From NCBI GenBank assembly GCA_040388415.1, contig JAZKBV010000004.1:24069-88068 (forward strand): a stretch of DNA of 64,000 nt. The letters run 5' to 3'. The notes beneath the pieces were generated by a model. The model was not told where the DNA came from and made no database searches. It saw nothing but the letters and a program-made list of their open reading frames with translations. This stretch comes from Patescibacteria group bacterium. GTDB lineage: Bacteria; Patescibacteriota; Minisyncoccia; Phycocordibacterales; PALSA-1337. A program made the position numbers and the translations under genes. Shown here piece by piece: positions 38,453-47,904 of the stretch. Within the stretch, counting starts at the first letter, position 1. Each line of letters starts with the position of its first letter.

Positions 38453-40153
38453 TTATTTGAGGTACTCCGGCGTATTCACATGCATCCAGTCGAGTTCCTC
38501 GCGCATGACCGCAGCCGCACCAATGAGATTTTCCACAGCACCATGATCCATCACTACCGCAAAAGCGTACTTTGGATTTTCATAGGGCCAAAAGCCGGTG
38601 ACCCATGAGTTGACGTTCGCCTTTGATACACCGAGCTCAGCGGTACCAGTCTTTGCAGCGACATTTACATATGGAACACCAAGAGCCTTTGCCACACCGA
38701 TCTGTGCCGATAGGCGCATACCTTCATGGACTACATCAAAATCAGATTTTGCCAGAGGTACAATACCCTCTACATGAGGCGCGCTATCTTTGAGTATAGA
38801 AGGTGTGAGGAGTGTACCTTCATTTGCCATTGAACCAACTGCACGGATAACCTGGGCAGGAGTCACTTGGAAGCCATACTGACCGATAGCAGTATGATAC
38901 GTATCACCGAGATACCAGTCTTCGCCGAATGTTTTTTGTTTCCATGCGGGCGTTGGAATAAGTCCTGCGGGTCCAGTGAAGAATGACGGTGCTATTTTCG
39001 TACCAAAACCGAACATACTAAAATATTTATCGAGACGCGTGATACCTAACCCAGGTTGATCTTTATATCCGCCACCTACTGTATAAAAATAGACGTCAGA
39101 TGACATAGCTATACCATGACGCAAGTCGAGGTCACCCAAAGCCTTCCAGTCGCGAAATATGCTCACTTGTGCAGGATTATATGGGTTTGTCACTGAAATA
39201 GAACCTGTATCGTGGATGATCTTGTACGGATCAATAACTTTTTCAGTCAACACGCCCATAGCCACATACGGCTTCACAATAGAACCCGGCGTATAGAGAC
39301 CATCAGTGATGCGGTCGAGGAATGGCTGATTTTTATCAGTCAAAAAACCACGGATAGCATCTGAGTCAACCTTATCTGACATCACTTCTGAACTATATTC
39401 GGGATAGCTCGTCATAGCCAAAACTTCCCCCGTATGCACATCCATGATGATGCCGGCGCCTCCTTTGAAATTGACGCGAGTGGCTACATCCTTGATGCTA
39501 TTGAATAACGCAGACTGAACACGGCTATCTATAGAAAGAGTGACGCTATTTCCCGCTTGTGCTGGACGAACAACATTTTCTGAAACGACTTTGCCGCGCG
39601 CATTTACTTCTATGAGTCGTGAACCATTCACCCCTTGCAAGATGCTATCGTAATATTTTTCAACACCAGCGACACCATTGAAATCTTCTTGATAATAAAA
39701 GCCATTTGAATCTTTTGACGGATACTGCACATAGCCGAGCACATGCGATAAACCAGTTGATGTCGCATAATTGCGCTGAGCAATGACATTATTTACATCT
39801 GCGGTCGTTGTTGCCGTTGGATCAACATCTGCGGGCGCATTCCATGCGAGCGGTATACCATTGCGGTCATATATGATGCCTCGCGCAGCGAATATCGGCA
39901 CTGGACGAAGGAGATTTGCTTGACTGCGAGCGCTGTATTCTGAACCATGCACTATTTGAAGATTAGCTGTTTGAAATATATATGCGGATGCGACAAGAAT
40001 GAAAAAACCGAGCACAGAATAAAGCACTGTCTTGGAAATCGGCCGTTCCATGCGACCTTCGAACTGATCACGATCGAACTGCGAGATATTGTGCGCATCC
40101 ATCAGCACTTCATCAGGATCTATTTCATATGATTTTCTTCTGCGTAGCGGCAT
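38453..40153 (-). CDS. mrdA: Penicillin-binding protein 2 (elongasome transpeptidase)
   Basis: SIVKP (SxxK), the SSD region, and the KTGTAE transpeptidase motif. N-terminal TM helix. Synteny after mreBCD. Confidence 0.85.
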   Translation of the reverse strand: MPLRRRKSYEIDPDEVLMDAHNISQFDRDQFEGRMERPISKTVLYSVLGFFILVASAYIFQTANLQIVHGSEYSARSQANLLRPVPIFAARGIIYDRNGIPLAWNAPADVDPTATTTADVNNVIAQRNYATSTGLSHVLGYVQYPSKDSNGFYYQEDFNGVAGVEKYYDSILQGVNGSRLIEVNARGKVVSENVVRPAQAGNSVTLSIDSRVQSALFNSIKDVATRVNFKGGAGIIMDVHTGEVLAMTSYPEYSSEVMSDKVDSDAIRGFLTDKNQPFLDRITDGLYTPGSIVKPYVAMGVLTEKVIDPYKIIHDTGSISVTNPYNPAQVSIFRDWKALGDLDLRHGIAMSSDVYFYTVGGGYKDQPGLGITRLDKYFSMFGFGTKIAPSFFTGPAGLIPTPAWKQKTFGEDWYLGDTYHTAIGQYGFQVTPAQVIRAVGSMANEGTLLTPSILKDSAPHVEGIVPLAKSDFDVVHEGMRLSAQIGVAKALGVPYVNVAAKTGTAELGVSKANVNSWVTGFWPYENPKYAFAVVMDHGAVENLIGAAAVMREELDWMHVNTPEYLK

Positions 40154-40171
40154 CTTTATATCGTATCACAA

Positions 40172-40435
40172 TTACCTCACTATTTTTTTCAAAAAATAAA
40201 AAACTACCAATATGATGCACGCGGTTATCGTACCTGCATACCCCCAGATGCCCGCTGCCGGTATCATGCCAAAAAGCGCATCATACATGATACCCGCAAC
40301 AATAATTTCAACGACGAAATACAAACGCCATATGCCGATGAGTACGAGCGGGAACGCTATGAACCACCATCCGTTGATGATAGAGATGAACAACGCTATA
40401 TCAATAAGTATACGAAATATAATTGATCGATTCAT
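40172..40435 (-). CDS. mreD: Rod shape-determining protein MreD (probable)
   Basis: 87-aa polytopic membrane protein positioned between mreC and PBP2. Confidence 0.5.
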   Translation of the reverse strand: MNRSIIFRILIDIALFISIINGWWFIAFPLVLIGIWRLYFVVEIIVAGIMYDALFGMIPAAGIWGYAGTITACIILVVFYFLKKIVR

Positions 40436-40439
40436 GAAA

Positions 40440-41366
40440 TTATTTTTTTGCTTTTGTCGAAGTTGATGTGATATTCGGATTGATCAGTACCCAACGAAGC
40501 TGATACACGCTCACCCCTGGAGAGAAGAGTACTGTTTCAAATGGATCCGCGGGATTATTGATGACAGCAGTGACCGTACCAAACGCCCCATCATCGAGAG
40601 ACGTATCAAGGATAATGTCTCCCTCAGCGATCTTTGTTGCTTGAGGAACCTGAGCCTCGTACTGGCCACCACCGCGACCGACAGCGGTTGCAGGTATATG
40701 ATTTGAGCCAATCAACACAGGATATGTTTGCCCTGGTGAAGACAGTAAAGTTATTTTTGAGGTCTGTCCGAACACATCAGTCGTAGTGCCAATAAGTATA
40801 TTTCCTGGAGCATATACTTTTGTGCCAAGCGCTACACCTTGATTGAGCCCTGCATCGACGATCAGTTCGTCATATCCAGTCAGTGGTGGACGAACAAGCA
40901 CTGCGGCAAGGATTCGCCCATTGACCGAACTGAGTGATGCAAATGTTTTGCTGATATTCGACACTGATGTGGATGATGCGGATGTAGATGAACCAAAATC
41001 TTCAGCCTCACTGCCTGTTGTGTTAAAAGAAGTTATATTGAGATCAGGGCGGCCAAGGACAGAGAGGAGGTCTGCATTCTGCGTGCGCACCAGATCAGCA
41101 GCGGCGTCTTGTATTGACACTTCTTGAAGGCGCACCTTGAGAGCTTCATTCACAGCCAAAAGCTCGGTAGGAGATCTGAGCGAACCGCTTTGTATAGAAA
41201 ATTCTACGCGCCAAAATGGACGAGCAATAGTGGTAAAAAGAGCCGGTAAAAAATGCGGTATGAGGAACTGAAAGACGGCCACAACAACAATCAGAACACC
41301 GATAATGAGTCCTGCAATTCGAGTGCGACGTTCTGATGGCCTGCTACTTGTTCGGATATACATCAT
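40440..41366 (-). CDS. mreC: Rod shape-determining protein MreC
   Basis: N-terminal TM helix, coiled-coil, then a beta-rich domain. The start ATGATG at 41366/41363 overlaps the mreB 3' end. Confidence 0.75.
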   Translation of the reverse strand: MMYIRTSSRPSERRTRIAGLIIGVLIVVVAVFQFLIPHFLPALFTTIARPFWRVEFSIQSGSLRSPTELLAVNEALKVRLQEVSIQDAAADLVRTQNADLLSVLGRPDLNITSFNTTGSEAEDFGSSTSASSTSVSNISKTFASLSSVNGRILAAVLVRPPLTGYDELIVDAGLNQGVALGTKVYAPGNILIGTTTDVFGQTSKITLLSSPGQTYPVLIGSNHIPATAVGRGGGQYEAQVPQATKIAEGDIILDTSLDDGAFGTVTAVINNPADPFETVLFSPGVSVYQLRWVLINPNITSTSTKAKK

Positions 41367-42414
41367 CGTCGCTGTCCAACAGGACCGCCTTATACTTATC
41401 CAAATCTTCCAAGATGATACCTGCACCGCGTGCAATAGCGGTCAACGGATCTTCAGCTATCGTTACAGGAATATTGAGCGTCTCACGGAGCAGTTCATCC
41501 AATCCTTTGATGAGAGCACCACCACCGACCAAGTGGATGCCACGCTTCATGATGTCAGCAAGAATCTCAGGGGGAGTTGTTTCAAGGGCTTCTCGTGCGG
41601 ACTCGACGATACTATTGATCGACTGGTTCATCGCTTCACGGATATCTGAGTCAGTGATGATCACTTCACGTGGGAGACCTGTGATGAGATCGCGTCCACG
41701 GATAGTAGTCTCGACAGCCTCTCCTGGCATAACGATACCGACACTGATCTTTACTTGCTCAGCCGTTGTCTCACCGATCAAGATTTTAAATTCATTGCGG
41801 ATATATGAAATGATATCGTTATTGAGCTTATCGCCAGCGATCTTGAGATTTTTTGAGCGCACAATACCGCCAAGTGAAATAATAGCGATGTCTGTCGTTC
41901 CTCCGCCAATATCGATGACCATAGAGCCAACGGGGTCATGTACAGGGAGACGAATACCAATCGCGCCTGCCATCGGTTGTTCTACGATGTAGACTTCTCT
42001 CGCACCAGCATTTTTTGCTGCATCACGAACTGCGCGGACTTCAACGTTCGTTACGCCAGATGGTACGCCGATCACGACGCGCGGACCAAGAAACTTTTTG
42101 GGGAGATACTCGTGTGCGCGCTTCATGAGGTATGCAAGCATTTCTTCAGTCACTTCAAAATCAGAGATGACTCCATCGACGAGCGGACGCACCGCAGTGA
42201 TATGAGTTGGCGTACGTCCCAACATTTCTTTTGCAGCAGTACCTACAGCGACAACTTGTCCTGTTTTTTGATTGACTGCGACCACCGAAGGTTCGTTGAC
42301 CACGATACCCTTTCCACGCACATACACGAGCGTATTGGCAGTACCAAGGTCAATGCCGATATCGTTAGAAAAACGGCTGAGTAGCTTGTCTTTTTTCTCC
42401 TTGAAAGACGTCAT
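41344..42414 (-). CDS. mreB: Rod shape-determining protein MreB
   Basis: IGIDLGTANTLVYV actin-fold phosphate 1 motif. 356 aa. Confidence 0.9.
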   Translation of the reverse strand: MTSFKEKKDKLLSRFSNDIGIDLGTANTLVYVRGKGIVVNEPSVVAVNQKTGQVVAVGTAAKEMLGRTPTHITAVRPLVDGVISDFEVTEEMLAYLMKRAHEYLPKKFLGPRVVIGVPSGVTNVEVRAVRDAAKNAGAREVYIVEQPMAGAIGIRLPVHDPVGSMVIDIGGGTTDIAIISLGGIVRSKNLKIAGDKLNNDIISYIRNEFKILIGETTAEQVKISVGIVMPGEAVETTIRGRDLITGLPREVIITDSDIREAMNQSINSIVESAREALETTPPEILADIMKRGIHLVGGGALIKGLDELLRETLNIPVTIAEDPLTAIARGAGIILEDLDKYKAVLLDSDDDVYPNK

Positions 42415-42470
42415 AGGGTCAACTCTACCATAAATCCAAAAAGGAAGTAGTTGACAGGTATTATTTTCTT

Positions 42471-43709
42471 TTACATAACATCAGAAAGCTTCACCATCTC
42501 CACTTTCCCAGTCAATCTATCTTTCTTTTCAACTGAATCCTCTGCGATAGTTTTTGCACTGATCGTATAGCGAGTTGGAATACCGATCAGATCTGAGTCA
42601 CCAAATTTTTCACCTGCTGTAGTATCACGATCATCATAGAGAACTTCAACTCCCTTTGCTTTCATTTTTTCATATAATTCATCTGCGACTGGTTTTACCT
42701 TTCCTTCTTTATCGAAAAGCGCGACGAGATGCACTGCGAATGGTGCGACCGCAACTGGCCAGACAAGACCCTTGTCATCACCGTACGTTTCAACGATCGT
42801 ACCCATGAGACGCCCAGGACCAATGCCGTAACTACCCATGACGACAGGAACTGACTTACCTGCTTCATTGGCATATACGAGTCCAAGCGCATCAGAAAAA
42901 CGCGTACCCAACGAAAAGATATTACCTACCTCTACCGCTTTCTTTTCAATGAGTTCTTCTCGCTTCACACCAAGGTCAGCGAGCACTTCATCATTCAACA
43001 CTTCTTTGTTGATAGCGATTTTTTTGCCTTCGTGAATGTAAATCAAATCTTCGCCCGCATCAGTGATAGTTTGGAATTCGTGGGAATACTTTGAGAATGA
43101 TCCTCCGCTCGCAAATGTGACATATGTCTGTGAACCCAGACCTACACGATCAAATATTCGTACGTATGCCTCCTTGGCCTTCTCATAAAAATCCGCATGG
43201 GCATGTTCGTCGACATTGAATGAATAGAGATCTTTCATCAAGAATTCACGGCCGCGCATGATGCCGGATTTGGCGCGCGCTTCATTACGGAACTTAGTTT
43301 GAAATTGATATGCGGACACAGGTAAATCACGGAATGAACGAATATAGTTGCGCATGAGGACAGTCAACGGCTCTTCATGAGTAAAACCGAGGCCAAGCTC
43401 TGTGCCATTTTTGAGCTGTGTCTTGAACCAATTATCAACCAGCTTGTCATCCCATCGTCCAGATGTTTCCCACGGAGTTTTGTCCTGAAGCGCGGTGAGC
43501 GAGACTTCCTGTCCGCCGATTGTATTCATCTCTTCGCGGATGATACCCACAATCTTGTTGAGCACACGTAAACCTAGTGGGAGATACGAGTAGACTCCTG
43601 CCATCTCCTTGTTGATATAGCCTGCACGGATGAGCAACTGAGCATTCTTGGCAACTTCATCTTTTGGAGCCTCGCGACGCGTCTTGGTAAATAGGTGTGT
43701 TTGTTTCAT
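42471..43709 (-). CDS. proS: Prolyl-tRNA synthetase, short bacterial form without an editing domain
   Basis: Class II motifs FRNEARAKSGIMRGREF and GSYGIGPGR, plus a C-terminal anticodon-binding domain. Start taken at MKQTHLF (43709). Confidence 0.85.
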   Translation of the reverse strand: MKQTHLFTKTRREAPKDEVAKNAQLLIRAGYINKEMAGVYSYLPLGLRVLNKIVGIIREEMNTIGGQEVSLTALQDKTPWETSGRWDDKLVDNWFKTQLKNGTELGLGFTHEEPLTVLMRNYIRSFRDLPVSAYQFQTKFRNEARAKSGIMRGREFLMKDLYSFNVDEHAHADFYEKAKEAYVRIFDRVGLGSQTYVTFASGGSFSKYSHEFQTITDAGEDLIYIHEGKKIAINKEVLNDEVLADLGVKREELIEKKAVEVGNIFSLGTRFSDALGLVYANEAGKSVPVVMGSYGIGPGRLMGTIVETYGDDKGLVWPVAVAPFAVHLVALFDKEGKVKPVADELYEKMKAKGVEVLYDDRDTTAGEKFGDSDLIGIPTRYTISAKTIAEDSVEKKDRLTGKVEMVKLSDVM

Positions 43710-43823
43710 GGGGATAATGATACCCAATAATGAAGATATTTGCACGGCATTGACGTGCGCACACATGAAAGATAAAGTAGTGACAGTCTTAGATCGGTAT
43801 GGCATGAAGCTATACCTTTTACA

Positions 43824-44381
43824 ATGAAAGGAATTATGTCAAACACTTCATTATTACATGTCGGCAACATTTGCTGGATAGCAGTGGGTGCGATACTTCT
43901 GTATCTCATCATCTTGTTCATCAGATCAGCTATTGCCAGAGCTGTTGAATTGAAGAAAAACAAGGAATACTATACGAAAGTGTGGCGCGAACAGATTGTT
44001 CCGGGATTTCGTGATCACACTCACAAAAATCCTCATGAAGTTTTCTTGCGGGCTGAAGAATACTTATTCGAAGGCTTCTTCACTGAGGTACAGATCGGTA
44101 TTTCGTTGGACGAGCTTCTCAAGCACGCACTTACCTGCCAAAAAAAACTCATTGTGGAGGCGCAACACGGCCTGCATCTTGAAGAACTGCGACTTGAAGA
44201 TCAACGCTTGGATGTCGGTTTATCACCCAGACTATGGGAAGAAACTCTTCGCAGCACACTTTCAGGTATTACCGGCTGGAGAAATATGATTGCTACTGGC
44301 GAAAAAAGGTATGCGGAACTCGAGGCTCGCTGGAAAAAAATAGTTACTGACCAACCCCAGCTCGTTTTAAAACTTGCTTAA
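43824..44381 (+). CDS. Hypothetical protein with an N-terminal TM helix
   Basis: 185 aa with a hydrophobic N-terminus (ICWIAVGAILLYLIILFI). No recognisable domain. Confidence 0.45.
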   Translation: MKGIMSNTSLLHVGNICWIAVGAILLYLIILFIRSAIARAVELKKNKEYYTKVWREQIVPGFRDHTHKNPHEVFLRAEEYLFEGFFTEVQIGISLDELLKHALTCQKKLIVEAQHGLHLEELRLEDQRLDVGLSPRLWEETLRSTLSGITGWRNMIATGEKRYAELEARWKKIVTDQPQLVLKLA

Positions 44382-44428
44382 TCTTATCCGCAAAACACAA
44401 ACCGCCAGAGGTATCTCGGACGGTTTTT

Positions 44429-44752
44429 TTATTTATCCACTGTCGTTTTCTTCTCATAAAGCAGATCCGACACTTTGTTGAGAGCGTCGTCACTATCGCC
44501 ATGCATATATTCATCTAAAAATTCAGGATGCTCTTTGATTATTTCGGCAAACTTCTTTGAGTCTTTCATTATCCAATCCATAAATACGCTGTCATCACGA
44601 AAACCATAATAACGTCCCGCAAGATCTACTTGCATTTGTTTTCGACAAAGGTTGATATAGTCGGGGGTCTCGATTTTTCTCTCGAAATCCTGTGCATATA
44701 GCACATCTTCAGCTTCATTATTTGATTGTTCTTGTATTCCTTCAAAACTCAT
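44429..44752 (-). CDS. Hypothetical protein
   Basis: 107-aa acidic protein with no recognisable domain. Confidence 0.4.
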   Translation of the reverse strand: MSFEGIQEQSNNEAEDVLYAQDFERKIETPDYINLCRKQMQVDLAGRYYGFRDDSVFMDWIMKDSKKFAEIIKEHPEFLDEYMHGDSDDALNKVSDLLYEKKTTVDK

Positions 44753-44784
44753 ACATGTAATCTTACCAAACCCACCAAGAAAAA

Positions 44785-45882
44785 CTACTTGAACAACTTC
44801 ACCACATCCTTGTATGTCACCACCACCATAAGGAGCATAAGGAGGCTAAAACCAACCAGATTGACCATATTGGTGAACTTCGCTGGGATAGGACGGCGAA
44901 TGATCGACTCGATGATAACAAAGAATATACGCCCTCCATCAAGCGCTGGGAAAGGAATGAGGTTGATGATGGCGAGATTGATAGATATGAGCGCGGTGAT
45001 CATGAGGAGGTAGGTGATGCCAAGACGGGCAGCATCTCCAACAACACCGGCGATGCCGACTGGGCCAGAGATCTCAGAGAAATTAGCTTTACCGTGAAAT
45101 ATTTGCGCTACAAAACCATACAAACCAGTAACAGTTTCTTTGAGCATGACACCTGTATAATGTGCACCTTCCCATACTGCAACAAAGAACGGCAACTTCA
45201 TATCGACCACATCGCTCATAGCAATGCCGATAGCGTATTTTTCAGGAACAATCTCTTGTTTTGGAGCTATTTCAGCATCAACCGTCTTTCCATTTCTCTC
45301 ATAACGAATCGGGATAACCGCGCCCTTACTTGATGAAATGGTGTTTTGAATTTGAACAATACTCTGAGTGCCGACAAGGACATCGCCCGATCTGAGTCCA
45401 GCTTTATCAGCAGGCGAGTCTTTGAGTACATCAGTGATCATGATGCGTTGATTGCTGAAATAATCTGCATATTTTGAAAAGCCATCTGCTGTCGCAGTCA
45501 CACCATGACTGAACAATCCCACGTACAACAACCATGCAAATAAAACATTAAACAATACGCCACCAGCCAACACGAGTACCTGTTGCCATTTAGATTTGTG
45601 GACTAAACTACGCTTCGAATCAACCCCAACACATGACTCAGCATCTGGCGTCTCACCAAAAATCTTCACATATCCGCCGAATGGGATGAGATTTACGCCA
45701 TACTCGGTCTCACCTTTTTTGCCATCTTTACCTTTTGGCGTCCACGCAAAAATCTTTGGTCCAAAACCAATCTTGAAAGCATCGACACGGATACCGCACA
45801 AGCGCGCGAACAAAAAATGCCCGAGCTCATGAACGAATATGAGTATAGCGAGAACAACTAAGAATATGATTACTGTAAGCAT
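44785..45882 (-). CDS. rseP: RseP/RasP-type site-2 protease (M50 zinc metalloprotease with PDZ)
   Basis: HELGHF zinc motif within TM1. A PDZ region. The start at 45882 lies 3 nt after the frr stop. Confidence 0.8.
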   Translation of the reverse strand: MLTVIIFLVVLAILIFVHELGHFLFARLCGIRVDAFKIGFGPKIFAWTPKGKDGKKGETEYGVNLIPFGGYVKIFGETPDAESCVGVDSKRSLVHKSKWQQVLVLAGGVLFNVLFAWLLYVGLFSHGVTATADGFSKYADYFSNQRIMITDVLKDSPADKAGLRSGDVLVGTQSIVQIQNTISSSKGAVIPIRYERNGKTVDAEIAPKQEIVPEKYAIGIAMSDVVDMKLPFFVAVWEGAHYTGVMLKETVTGLYGFVAQIFHGKANFSEISGPVGIAGVVGDAARLGITYLLMITALISINLAIINLIPFPALDGGRIFFVIIESIIRRPIPAKFTNMVNLVGFSLLMLLMVVVTYKDVVKLFK

Positions 45883-45884
45883 GA

Positions 45885-46436
45885 TTATCCGATGAGTTCT
45901 TTCTCTTTCTTTGCGAACTCTCCTTCCATCTTTTTGTTGCAATCATCGACGAGCTTTTGTGCGTCTTTCTTGCCACGGAAAACATCATCCTTACCCATAG
46001 CGCCTGACTTCTCTTTTGCGTCAAGGTCTTTGATGACAACATCACGATGTGAGCGAAGCTGTTTCTTTCCCTCTTCGAGCTTTTCTTTTGCTATTTTGAC
46101 GATCTCAGCACGACGATCAGAGGTGAGCTCAGGGAAATTGACGCGGAGGCCTTGGTCATCAACGATAACTGAAAGGCCGAGATTTGCGAGGGTAATACCC
46201 TTTTCTATATCTTTGATTTGGCCCTTGTCCCAAGGAGAAACACGCAAGGTGCGAGCACCTTCGATCATGACACTTGCGACTTCCTTGAGCGCCATCGGCG
46301 CGCCGTAGACCTCAACTTTAACCCCATCAAGAATAGACGGAGACGCCTGTCCCGTACGAATCTGCTGAAACTCCTTTTTGAGCCACTCTTCTGTCGAAGT
46401 TATTTGTTTTTTGAAAGGATTAAAATCGTAGGCCAT
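45885..46436 (-). CDS. frr: Ribosome recycling factor
   Basis: 183 aa with typical Frr composition and a coiled-coil C-terminus (LRSHRDVVIKDLD...). Confidence 0.85.
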   Translation of the reverse strand: MAYDFNPFKKQITSTEEWLKKEFQQIRTGQASPSILDGVKVEVYGAPMALKEVASVMIEGARTLRVSPWDKGQIKDIEKGITLANLGLSVIVDDQGLRVNFPELTSDRRAEIVKIAKEKLEEGKKQLRSHRDVVIKDLDAKEKSGAMGKDDVFRGKKDAQKLVDDCNKKMEGEFAKKEKELIG

Positions 46437-46465
46437 GGAATTAAGTTAAATAGGTAATATATTCA

Positions 46466-47191
46466 TTATACATTAAGTGCCACGTATTCCAAGAGCATCT
46501 TCACTGATGGCGCGCGATCATTCAAATAATTTCGTGCCACCTCAATCGCTTCGAGTGCTAACTTTCCTTCTTTCACACTTTTCTCTTTATAAACAAGCCC
46601 CTGTACCGCATTCAAAAAATCAATCGCGTCCTGCTTTGTCTTTTTTTCTTTTGAAATAGCGTCAACAAGTGTTTTTACGATATCTAGTCTTTTTGACTGA
46701 TTGGCTTTGATGAAAGCTTCTGCATCCTTGATCAAGTCAGCGTCAGTTTCTTTTGAAGAACTCGCCTCGCCAATCAAAGAAAGGCGCGACTTCACCGTTG
46801 GCAGTAATAAATGTGCTGAAGGAATGATCAAAAAGAAACGTGCGTACTCTGCAGGCTCTTCGAGAAGTTTGAGGAGCGCATTCTGAGCTTCTATGGTGAT
46901 GCCGTTCATCGTAAGCACAAATATTTTCTTGCCTGCGCCATTATTTCCTTTTATCGAACCCTCGTCGGTTAGTGGTCGACTGCTATGTAATGATTTGATC
47001 TCACGCGCATCATCAATAGTGAATGTTTCGTAATTGCGAATATAAAAATCAGGATTGCCCTGTGCGGTTATTGTATGTTTCTTTTCAAGTATAGAAATGA
47101 GTTCGTCACGCGTTTCGGTGGTACCGACGAGGCCATATGCGTGGTGAGAAAGACTGCTGAGCTGATCAAAATGTTCGTTACTAGATTTCAT
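46466..47191 (-). CDS. holB: DNA polymerase III delta-prime-like subunit (degenerate P-loop)
   Basis: NALLKLLEEPAEYARFFLI...LLPTVKSRL matches the delta' sensor and box motifs. No intact Walker A. Confidence 0.6.
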   Translation of the reverse strand: MKSSNEHFDQLSSLSHHAYGLVGTTETRDELISILEKKHTITAQGNPDFYIRNYETFTIDDAREIKSLHSSRPLTDEGSIKGNNGAGKKIFVLTMNGITIEAQNALLKLLEEPAEYARFFLIIPSAHLLLPTVKSRLSLIGEASSSKETDADLIKDAEAFIKANQSKRLDIVKTLVDAISKEKKTKQDAIDFLNAVQGLVYKEKSVKEGKLALEAIEVARNYLNDRAPSVKMLLEYVALNV

Positions 47192-47269
47192 GCGGTTATT
47201 CTAGCATTTTTGAAAGGGTCGACCTACTATCCCCAGTTTTTTGTTAGATCCGACCTAGGAATTGTTGAT

Positions 47270-47308
47270 AAATAAAAAAGCGCTCGCCGACAGCTTGTCG
47301 ACGAGCGC
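47270..47308 (-). terminator. Intrinsic terminator on the minus strand upstream of holB
   Basis: On the minus strand, GCGCTCGTCGACAAGCTGTCGGCGAGCGC is followed by TTTTTTATTT. Confidence 0.75.
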
Positions 47309-47780
47309 ATGTGGGTGAATGTGTCATCCCCGGTTCGAAACATGTTCGTATACCGTCATAGACGACACTGGATTACGATTGAATGTTCTGCAGGAGCACT
47401 CTTTCAATTTAATCCTCTCTATATTTCAATTCTTGCTGTGAGTGAATTTCTGTCGCGCAACAGATTTCCAAGCAAGAACCATGGACAGAGTTGTCCGAAC
47501 CATGGCCGAGTTGGCGAATGGACTAACATTGATTTTCAAAGCACCTTCATCAATGATTCGTTTTGTACGCGGTCAATACGACGCGGAGTGCACGGGGACT
47601 TCCCACCGTTCATCATGCACTATCCAGCATCGCGACCGCGAGATTCGCGCAAAAGAAGCCGGCAATGATACTAACACTTCTCTTTAAGGCCGGCAAACAT
47701 TTGCGCTTTTTCAATGAACTAATGAACCTCGGAACTTTCGTACTTTGGATCAATCGACGATACTTACCGTCGTACCTGAG
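47309..47780 (-). ncRNA. Candidate structured ncRNA or long regulatory leader (about 480-500 nt), identity unknown
   Basis: Minus-strand promoter TTGACA (47810-47805), 16-nt spacer, TATGAT (47788-47783). The region is GC-enriched with multiple hairpins (e.g. GCGCAAAtgtttGCCGGCC...GCCGGCttcTTTTGCGC). It ends in the terminator at 47308-47270. Only short or implausible ORFs are present. Confidence 0.45.
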
Positions 47781-47782
47781 TA

Positions 47783-47810
47783 TCATAGCACCCCATACAA
47801 TATTTGTCAA
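47783..47810 (-). promoter_or_regulatory. Near-consensus sigma70 promoter TTGACA-N16-TATGAT (minus strand)
   Basis: Read directly from the reverse complement of 47783-47810. Confidence 0.65.
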
Positions 47811-47904
47811 GTACTATAAAATATTGCAAAATTGGCACTAAAAAACCTTATTTTCAGGGTTTTTTCTCCTCTCTAGATTCTCCTTACTTCTTTCTTCCTG
47901 TAAT

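Noticed and set aside
47309-47780. Possibility that the 480-nt unit is RNase P RNA or tmRNA
   Set aside because: No GGAAAGUCCGG/CCGGCUUA P4 pair in the correct order. No tRNA-like acceptor or T-arm termini or tag-peptide ORF ending in AA-stop. Identity left open rather than assigned.
47613-47810. 65-aa minus-strand ORF inside the candidate ncRNA region
   Set aside because: Its ATG is the ATG inside the TATGAT -10 hexamer. The product is highly basic, with no RBS, so it is more likely non-coding transcript sequence.
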